The notes below the pieces were generated by a model. The model worked only from the letters and a program-made list of their open reading frames with translations. It ran no database searches and was not told where the DNA came from. Positions 54,463-61,434 of a DNA stretch of 64,000 bases are shown piece by piece; within the stretch, counting starts at the first letter, position 1; each line of letters begins with the position of its first letter. The stretch is from contig JACRIW010000042.1 of assembly GCA_016215625.1 (NCBI GenBank), forward strand, positions 3,463 to 67,462. The letters are read 5' to 3'. Source of the stretch: Candidatus Eiseniibacteriota bacterium (lineage in GTDB: Bacteria; Eisenbacteria; RBG-16-71-46). The position numbers and the translations under genes are program-made.

Positions 54463-56085
54463 CTACTTCAACCGCCAGATCGCCGAGCACGCACCGGGGA
54501 TCGTGACGCGGGTGTCGCCCTTGGCGCGGGCCGTCGCGCCACCGGCGGTCGCGTAGAGAAGCTTCGCCTCGCTCGCGTGCAGGTCCCACGGCCCGGCGGT
54601 GACGGCGGTGAGGCCCAAGTTGTGCACGACCAGCACGCGTTCGCCGCCGGCCTCGCGGACGAACGCGAGCAGCTGCCGGTTGCCTTCGCCCGCGTCGAGC
54701 ACCGCGATGCTGCCGTTGCGCAACGCCGGTGACGAGGCGCGCAGGTGGATGAGCCGGCGATACTGCGAGAGCAGCGAGGACGGGCTGTCCGCCTGCCACT
54801 CGACGTTCGCCTGCGCGCGTCCCTCGGAGAACGGCCGCCACGGCCGCCCCGTGGTGAAGCCGCCGCCGGGTTCGCGATCGTTCCACGGCATCGGCGTGCG
54901 AATGTTGGGATCGGGCTTGCCGCCCTCGAGCCCGACCTCTTCTCCGTAGTAAATGAACGGCGAGCCCGGCAGCGTGAGCAGCAGCGCGGCCGCCGTGCGC
55001 AGCTTGCGGCCATCGGAGCCGAGCTCGGTGGCCACGCGCGGCGTGTCGTGGTTGGAGAGGAACGGCGCGTCGCATGCGCCCGGCGGGTAGAGCCGCGCGA
55101 CGTTCGCGAGCGTGGAGACGATTGGCGTGGCGTCGCCCGAACGCACCGCCTGCAGGATCGAGCCCGCGAGCGGGAAGTTGAAGCTCATCGGGAGTTCGTC
55201 GCCGCCGGCGACGGTCTCGGTGGAGCCGTAGAACTGAGCGATCTGGTCGGTGGACGTCCAGTTTTCGCCGACCAGCAGCGCTTCGGGCGCGCCCTTGCGT
55301 ACGTACGCCGCGAACTCCTTCCAGAATGCGTGCGTGCCCGGCGTGTTCACCTGCTGCTCTCCGGGACCGTCTTCGATCAGGTGCCGCGCCGCATCGAGGC
55401 GAAAGCCGTCCGCGCCGCGCATGAGCCAGAACGCCGCGACCTGCTTGATCGCCAGACGCACCTCGGCGTTGTTGAAGTTGAGATCGGGCATTCCGCCCCA
55501 GAAGACGCCGTAGTAGTAGGCGCCGTCCATGCGGTGCCACGTTCGACCGCCGCCCCAGGGCTGCCGCCAGCCCGGATCGTCGGCACGCCACACGTACCAG
55601 TCGCGCATGGGCGAGCTCGGCGACGACGCCGACTCGACGAACCATGGGTGCCGGTTGCTCGTGTGGTTGATGACGAGGTCCACGATCACGCGAATCCCGC
55701 GCCGGTGCGCCGCCGCGAGGAGCGAGTCGAAATCCGCGAGCGTGCCGTACTGCGGATTGATGGCGTAGTAGTCGGTGGTGTCGTAGCCGTGATCGCTGGG
55801 CGAGTCGAACACCGGCATGAGCCAGATGGCCTCGACGTCGAGGTCGGTGGTCGTCGCGGGGTTGCCGTCGTTCAGGTAGTCCAGCTTCGACGTGAGCCCG
55901 CGCAGGTCACCGATGCCGTCGCCGTCGGAGTCGGCGAAGCTGCGCACGAAGATCTCGTAGAACGTGGCGCCGCGCGCCCAGGAGAGGCGCTGATGCGCGA
56001 CCGGCTCGGCGGCGCAAGGAATCACTGCCAACGCGGCGAGCCATGTCAGCAGCGAAATGAGGAGTGACGTTCGGCGGCGATTCAT
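54463..56085 (-). CDS. Secreted GH13 alpha-amylase-family glycosidase
   Basis: Start at ATG 56085 after AAGGAGG. Signal peptide MNRRRTSLLISLLTWLAALAVIPCAA. GH13 regions DLVINHTS, GFRLDAARHL, LVGENW, FLSNHDTPR. Ca-loop-like ADSDGDGIGDL. Confidence 0.92.
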   Translation of the reverse strand: MNRRRTSLLISLLTWLAALAVIPCAAEPVAHQRLSWARGATFYEIFVRSFADSDGDGIGDLRGLTSKLDYLNDGNPATTTDLDVEAIWLMPVFDSPSDHGYDTTDYYAINPQYGTLADFDSLLAAAHRRGIRVIVDLVINHTSNRHPWFVESASSPSSPMRDWYVWRADDPGWRQPWGGGRTWHRMDGAYYYGVFWGGMPDLNFNNAEVRLAIKQVAAFWLMRGADGFRLDAARHLIEDGPGEQQVNTPGTHAFWKEFAAYVRKGAPEALLVGENWTSTDQIAQFYGSTETVAGGDELPMSFNFPLAGSILQAVRSGDATPIVSTLANVARLYPPGACDAPFLSNHDTPRVATELGSDGRKLRTAAALLLTLPGSPFIYYGEEVGLEGGKPDPNIRTPMPWNDREPGGGFTTGRPWRPFSEGRAQANVEWQADSPSSLLSQYRRLIHLRASSPALRNGSIAVLDAGEGNRQLLAFVREAGGERVLVVHNLGLTAVTAGPWDLHASEAKLLYATAGGATARAKGDTRVTIPGACSAIWRLK

Positions 56086-56218
56086 CGGAGTGCCCCTCCT
56101 TGATCGTGGCTTCGAGGTCGTGCGTGTGCGACGCGCAGTGCTCGTATCGCCCCGCGCGAGCAACCGAGCAGAATGTACTGTTTCGGTGGCGTGCGTAGCT
56201 GCACGACGCTCTGACATC

Positions 56219-56586
56219 ATGTCACCCACGGAACGGGTGAAGGACACGATCTCGATCGCGAGACTCGCAGAACTTGCGTCGACTGGCCACGGCGACCTGA
56301 TCGAAGCCGTCATGGAGTGTGTGTAGGGACGCGCCAAGGTGGTGGGCGAGGGTCTTGCCCTCGAATGACCTTTCACCCCGATCTCGCGGCCGGTCGCCGT
56401 CACACCCTGACGCTCATGGACTTCACGATTGCCGACGCTCGGATACGTGGGCGCCGTCAGGAGCTATGCCGGACCCGCGAGGCCGTGTGCGATTTCTTCG
56501 TCGGCGACAACGAGTATCGTTCCACGCCGGAGTCGCTGGAAAGCGACTTCTCGCCGTTCGCAATGGCAACGAGGCGCGCGCAATCA
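56219..56586 (+). pseudogene. Decayed direct copy of the two-gene cassette 53759-54432 (premature stop plus two internal deletions)
   Basis: MSPTERVKDTISIARLAELASTGHGDLIEAVMECV* parallels MSPMEPVKDTITRARLAELAASGFGDLIKAAVDCE. Further on, ...TLTLMDFTIADARIRGRRQELCRTREAVCDFFVGDNEYRSTPESLE parallels ...SMTLME[..]LMDLTIADPRLRGRRRELCRAREVVCDFFVGDNAYRSTPESLD. The DNA is alignable by eye. Confidence 0.7.
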
Positions 56587-56817
56587 GAGCCAGAGGTGAC
56601 TTGCGCAGATTCAAGCACTCCTCGAATATGCTCCGCGCGTTGCTCCCTGGCTCAGACGGATCAAGCGGTGGTTACCCGAGGTGACCGGGCCAAGTCCCGC
56701 ACTTGTACACCGAGCCATTCCGCGGACATCGCGAGATGACCATATGAAGCGCCGAAGTCGACAAGATCACGCAACGTGCCGGCGCGTATCGGCAGCATCA
56801 CTTCACAACCTAGAGGC

Positions 56818-57441
56818 ATGCACGTGAAACCGCTTTGCTTCGCCCTCGCTTTACTCCTGGCATGCACCCTCCCCGCCCACGCGCAGTCTTCCGAGCAAGA
56901 CGGTACGCACAGGAGGTTTTTCCTCGGCAGCACCCTATTCATGCTGGCGAACGTAGTGCCCGACAACAACCCGCCGCACATGCTGTATCTGAACGTCGGC
57001 TATCGTATGACCAGCAAGGATGTCGCTTCTCTGGAATTCAAGACGTGGCGATACGGCTGGCCGATTGGAATCCCGTACGGACACTCATTCGAAGCAGATG
57101 GAGAAGGGTTTCCGGGCTACATTCGTGAATACGGCGTTTCGCTCAATTACCAGAGGTTTGTGTGGAAGCGCTCGTTTGTGCAGGCCGACGTGATGCCTGC
57201 CTTTCAAACCTTTGTCGATGAGCACGGCAACAAGATTGATGACGGCTTTCAGTTCTTCAATACGTATTCGATCGGTTATGAGCTGACGTTTTTCAAAGAG
57301 AGGCTGTTCTTCCAGCCCTCCATCGCCGTCACGCATCGCCCCTATCAGTCGACGATGCCTCCCGCATTCAAGCAAGTTGATGACAAATGGCCACGAGTCT
57401 TTTATGGGCAGCCAGGGCTTCATTTTGGGGTCACTTTCTAG
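56818..57441 (+). CDS. Putative small outer-membrane beta-barrel protein (hypothetical), in a low-GC islet
   Basis: Signal peptide MHVKPLCFALALLLACTLPAHA. Alternating hydrophobic strands and a C-terminal ...GLHFGVTF ending in Phe (OMP beta-signal-like). Third positions carry many more A/T than neighbouring genes. Confidence 0.68.
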   Translation: MHVKPLCFALALLLACTLPAHAQSSEQDGTHRRFFLGSTLFMLANVVPDNNPPHMLYLNVGYRMTSKDVASLEFKTWRYGWPIGIPYGHSFEADGEGFPGYIREYGVSLNYQRFVWKRSFVQADVMPAFQTFVDEHGNKIDDGFQFFNTYSIGYELTFFKERLFFQPSIAVTHRPYQSTMPPAFKQVDDKWPRVFYGQPGLHFGVTF

Positions 57442-57532
57442 CACTCCAGTGATCCGATGAGGTGTGCGCTCCAGTTGCGCGCCGTATCTTCGCGGCGATC
57501 GTGCGACCTGCTCCGCTGGAAGTGGCGCAGTG

Positions 57533-57919
57533 TGAAACTCAGTCCTCCGGTCGCCTCGAACGGCGAGGAGGACCGGTGCACACCAGCCGATTCACGGCGG
57601 AGCAGATCATCCAGCTCCTTGGGGAGGTCCCGACTGGCTCGGTGAATGCCGTCGACACGGCATCTCCGAGAACACGCACAACTGCTCAAGGCCTTGGGTA
57701 CGGGCCCGAGTTCGCCGGCCGCGCAATCGACCTGTGGGCGCACGAGCGTGGACTCGAGATCGACTACGTCCGGCCGGGCAAGCCGGTGGACAACGCGTTT
57801 GTCGAGAGTTTCAACGGCTGCTTCCGCGACGTGTGCCGGAACGAGTCATGGTTCCTGACCCTGCAGGAAGCACGGCAGACGAGCAGGAAGATCTGGCGGC
57901 GTGTCATAAGGCCGCCAGA
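57533..57919 (+). mobile_element. IS3-family insertion sequence remnant (left end, first ~18 codons of orfA, internal deletion, C-terminal part of the orfB integrase core)
   Basis: A TGAAACTCAGTCC... terminus lies about 40 nt before GAGGAGGA-N4-GTG (57576), which encodes VHTSRFTAEQIIQLLGEV (orfA-like). The sequence then jumps to GPEFAGRAIDLWAHERGLEIDYVRPGKPVDNAFVESFNGCFRDVCRNESWFLTLQEARQ (the rve C-terminal signature of IS3/IS407 transposases). The right end is missing. Confidence 0.65.
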
Positions 57920-60900
57920 CTACTTGAAGAGCACCAGCTTTCCGACCTGCTTCATTCCCGCCGCCTCGAAGCGCACGAAGTATACGCCGCTCGCCAGCAG
58001 CTTCCCGCCGTCGTCGCGTCCGTCCCAGGCGGCCATGTGCTTGCCGGCCCGCATGCGACTGTCGGCGAGGACACGCACCTGCCTGCCGCTCGCGTCATAC
58101 ACGGCGAGCCGCACCGGGCCCTCGGCCGGCAGCACGTACTCGATCGTGGTCCGCGGATGGAATGGATTGGGGTAGGCCCGCGACAGGCCGAACGCACGGG
58201 GCGTGATGCCGTCCTCGACGCCGGCCGGAGAGACGAACTCGACGTCGATGTAGTTGAGGCTGAAGAGCCAGCCCGTCTTGTCCGAGTCGGAGTCGAAGTC
58301 GAACCGCAACACATGCGTGCCGGCCGTGAGCAGCACGCGCTCGACGCGCTTCGCCGTCCAGAACTGCCAGCCGCCGGTGGACGTCACGGCTCGCTTCCCG
58401 CTCACGTCCACGTTGTCGACCGACAGGACGAAGTTGCCGAAGCCCGGCACCGTCGCGACGTAGGGGACGATGTCGTAGTAGCCGGTCTGCGCCACGGAGA
58501 ACGTGTACTCGAGCCACTCGCCCGCGACGATCCAGTACACGTCGTAGCCGCCGCCCGCGGCACCCTCGAGATCGACGCCCTCGGAGGGCCGGTAGGCGAG
58601 GCCGATGTTGTTCGAGTTCACGTCGTGGTAGGCGCGGCCCTCGCCGCCAAGATCGTAGTTCTCGGCCTGGATCCGACCCGGCATCGCCGCCGGAGTGCCG
58701 AAGTAGGGCGTGCCGTTGGGCAGCACGGTCACCAGCACGCTCTCGCGCGAGGCGAGCGCGATCGAGTTGGTGACGGTCAGGTGGACCCAGTGATCGCCGA
58801 CCGCGGTGAACGCGACGGTCGTGTCGGCCGCGTGGCTCGTGCCCACGCCCTCGAACGACCAGGCGAACGTGAGCGGCCGCCCGTTCGGGTCGAAGCTCTG
58901 GTGGCCCGTGAACTGGATCGTGAGCGGCGCCTTGCCCGACGTCTTGTTGGTGAGCAGCAGCACGACGGGCGCCTCGGGATTGACGGGCGAGGTGCTGTGC
59001 GAACGCGTCTGGCGCGGGCCCACGGTGAACGAGTACCCGTCCGTGAACGTGACCAGCCGATCCGCCGCCCCGGCGTTGTACGCGACGTACGTCAGGTACC
59101 CGCCCGGGTCGCGGAACACGGCGTAAGTGGGAACGTCGGCGCGGATCGTCGTCTCGACGCGGCCCATCTTCTTCAGGTTGAACAGCCAGTGCAGCGTGTG
59201 TGCGCGCGACTCGCCGTCGAACGGCGTGTAGTTGCTGTTGGCGAAATAGTGCGACAGCGCGAGATTCGGGTCCGCGAGCGCGAGGTATTCCCACAGCAGG
59301 TCCTGCCAGATGATCGGCTGGCCGCCGCGCTCCGCGACGATCTCGGCGTAGTTGGCCAGCACGTGATCGGGGTGATGGCCCAGGTACAGCGAGCCGCCGT
59401 TCACGGGCAGGATGTTGATGCCGTGGATGAACTCCGGATTGGCGCCGAACCACGTCGAGTGGACACCCTTGCCGCCCCAGACCATGCCGATCGCGACGTG
59501 CGCATAGGAGGCCGGGAAGACCGCGTTGTCCACGTCGAACCAGTACTGCTCGACCGCGGACTTCTCGGTGGCGTGCAGGTAGACGCCCAAGTCGCGGATG
59601 TCCGTCTGCCCGGTCGCCTGACCCCACAGGATGGCGGCGGTCGCGAAGTTCATGGACTCCGAGCTCGACTCCTGGTTGTTGCCGTCGCCGAAATCGCCGT
59701 GCCCCGCCGCCCACGAGTGCCCGGCATAGGCGTCGTGCGAGCGCAGGAACGGGAACCGCGTGTCGGTGCGCTCCCAGTTGTTGCCGTCACCGATCAGCAG
59801 GTTGACCATGCCACCCCAGTGAGCCTGCGAGGCCCAGACGCTGTCGTACTGCGCCACCGTGGCCGCGCCGAGGATCGCGTAGGCCGAGTGAAAGTGGTGA
59901 TCGTTGATCTGGTTGTCCGCCCCGTAGCCCGACGGGTAACCGGTCAGCACGTCCCACGTGTCGTTGTAGACGTACTGCTGCGAGCCGCCGGCGGTGAACC
60001 AGTTCTCGAGCCGCGTCTTGATCTCGGCGAGGAAGTGATCGCGCTCGGTTGTGGCGCCGAGCTGGTCCGCGATGTGGACGAGGTGAGCGAAGCGGGCGAT
60101 GGCCTTGCCGTTCTCGTATGTCGGGCCGACGGGCAGCACTTCGGCCGCCACCGCCTGCACCTGCGCGAGCAGTTCGGCGCGGTTGTAGTCGCCGCGGTCC
60201 GGCAGGGCCGGCAGCACACCCGAGAACGGAAGCGAGGTCGTGAACGCGCTGCCCTCGTACAGCTTCATCTGTCCGTTGGGGGACTGGTACGAGTAGCTCG
60301 TCAGCGGGTCGGACGTGTGAAGCCACTGGTGGCGATAGAGCGCGGTCATCGTCTGGTTGACGCTGGTGCCGTTGCTCTCCTTGAGAACAGTCACGTAGGA
60401 GTACGTGGTGTTCACCGTCGCGGCGGCCTCGTCGTACTGCCACTGCACGCGGCTGTCGGTCACGAAGGCGTAGGCGTGCTTGCGAAAGAGCTGGAGCGTC
60501 GCCGGCTGGTTGTCCGGAAGCAGCGCGATCGACAGATAGGTCTGACCATTCAGCGAGGACTGCAGCGGGCCGGTGCCCGTCCAGGTGGAACCGGTCGGCG
60601 CGAAGATGCCGTAGTGCCGCCCCTGGATGGTGAGCCCGAGCGTTCCGCTCTGGTTGTACCAGGTCGTGAACGCGCCTTCGGGCGTGACGACGGCGTTGGC
60701 GCCCGTGACCTTGAAGAAGACGAACGGAAGCCCGTGGCCGAAGGTGGCCTCCATCGTTCGCGAGGCATCGGACCACTGCGCGGTCGCGGTCCAGTCACCG
60801 TAGCCGAGCGTCTTGGTCTGCGACGAAGACAGTCCCGCGACCCCCACCGTGAGTTGGAGCGACCACGGATAGAGGTAGTCGCTGGCGGCGTACGTGGGAG

Positions 60901-61222
60901 TCGACGTGTGGCCGATCTGCAGCCCCGTCCCGATGGCCTTGACCATGAGCGGATGGGCGTAGAGCACGTTGGAATGTGCGCTGCCGTAGAACGGGTAGAT
61001 CAGGCTGCTCCAGAAGTCGTTCGTCTGCACCGGCTGCGCAAACGTCGCAGCGATCTTTGGCGAGACGTTCTGGTTGGACGAGTTCTGCGGCCCCACGGCA
61101 CCCGACGGCAGCGTGGTGCTGTAGCTGCCGTAGCCCACGTTGACCGTGGCGCCGAACGTGGGCCGAGCGACGAGCGTAACGAGGGCCAGCAGCAGGAGAC
61201 GGGAGAAGGACCAAGGGCGCAT
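57920..61222 (-). CDS. Secreted GH81 endo-beta-1,3-glucanase + PKD + CBM6-like module + FlgD-Ig/T9SS-like CTD
   Basis: Start at ATG 61222 (MRPWSFSRLLLLALVTLVARPTFG). GH81 signatures INDHHFHSAYAILGAA and DAYAGHSWAAGHGDFGDGNNQESSSES. PKD-like PLTIQFTGHQSFDPNGRPLTFAWSF. CBM6-like GRIQAENYD...GEWLEYTFSV. CTD YPNPFHPRTTIEYVLPAEGPVRLAVYDASGRQVRVL... Confidence 0.92.
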   Translation of the reverse strand: MRPWSFSRLLLLALVTLVARPTFGATVNVGYGSYSTTLPSGAVGPQNSSNQNVSPKIAATFAQPVQTNDFWSSLIYPFYGSAHSNVLYAHPLMVKAIGTGLQIGHTSTPTYAASDYLYPWSLQLTVGVAGLSSSQTKTLGYGDWTATAQWSDASRTMEATFGHGLPFVFFKVTGANAVVTPEGAFTTWYNQSGTLGLTIQGRHYGIFAPTGSTWTGTGPLQSSLNGQTYLSIALLPDNQPATLQLFRKHAYAFVTDSRVQWQYDEAAATVNTTYSYVTVLKESNGTSVNQTMTALYRHQWLHTSDPLTSYSYQSPNGQMKLYEGSAFTTSLPFSGVLPALPDRGDYNRAELLAQVQAVAAEVLPVGPTYENGKAIARFAHLVHIADQLGATTERDHFLAEIKTRLENWFTAGGSQQYVYNDTWDVLTGYPSGYGADNQINDHHFHSAYAILGAATVAQYDSVWASQAHWGGMVNLLIGDGNNWERTDTRFPFLRSHDAYAGHSWAAGHGDFGDGNNQESSSESMNFATAAILWGQATGQTDIRDLGVYLHATEKSAVEQYWFDVDNAVFPASYAHVAIGMVWGGKGVHSTWFGANPEFIHGINILPVNGGSLYLGHHPDHVLANYAEIVAERGGQPIIWQDLLWEYLALADPNLALSHYFANSNYTPFDGESRAHTLHWLFNLKKMGRVETTIRADVPTYAVFRDPGGYLTYVAYNAGAADRLVTFTDGYSFTVGPRQTRSHSTSPVNPEAPVVLLLTNKTSGKAPLTIQFTGHQSFDPNGRPLTFAWSFEGVGTSHAADTTVAFTAVGDHWVHLTVTNSIALASRESVLVTVLPNGTPYFGTPAAMPGRIQAENYDLGGEGRAYHDVNSNNIGLAYRPSEGVDLEGAAGGGYDVYWIVAGEWLEYTFSVAQTGYYDIVPYVATVPGFGNFVLSVDNVDVSGKRAVTSTGGWQFWTAKRVERVLLTAGTHVLRFDFDSDSDKTGWLFSLNYIDVEFVSPAGVEDGITPRAFGLSRAYPNPFHPRTTIEYVLPAEGPVRLAVYDASGRQVRVLADSRMRAGKHMAAWDGRDDGGKLLASGVYFVRFEAAGMKQVGKLVLFK

Positions 61223-61397
61223 GACTGGCCTCTGCGTGCAGAAGTGGGGGTGCTCGCCTTGGAGCAGGCCGGCAGAGATTCCTCGGGCCGGACTTTGTTC
61301 GCCTACCGAGCATAGTCGGTGAGGCGGTTGGCTCCTAGGACCAAGTGACGGCGGGGCGGTCCGTGGAGACGGCGGCACGCCGCCATCCAACATGCGC

Positions 61398-61414
61398 GTT
61401 GTACGCCGTACAAC
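61398..61414. promoter_or_regulatory. Perfect 8+1+8 palindrome GTTGTACG-C-CGTACAAC over the spacer/-35 region of the K7 promoter
   Basis: Read directly. It ends 8 nt before the TAGGTT box. Confidence 0.3.
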
Positions 61415-61422
61415 CGCTGGGC

Positions 61423-61428
61423 TAGGTT
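61423..61428 (+). promoter_or_regulatory. Predicted -10 hexamer TAGGTT 6 nt upstream of the K7 ATG (leaderless-type)
   Basis: gggcTAGGTTcgcccaATG, with no SD. Confidence 0.35.
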
Positions 61429-61434
61429 CGCCCA

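Noticed and set aside
56682-56712. TGACCGGGCCAAGTCCCGCACTTGTACACC as a possible second IS terminal inverted repeat bounding the low-GC islet.
   Set aside because: It has the same orientation as the IS left end at 57533 and shows no convincing complementarity to it, so it cannot be the partner repeat. It is probably coincidental.
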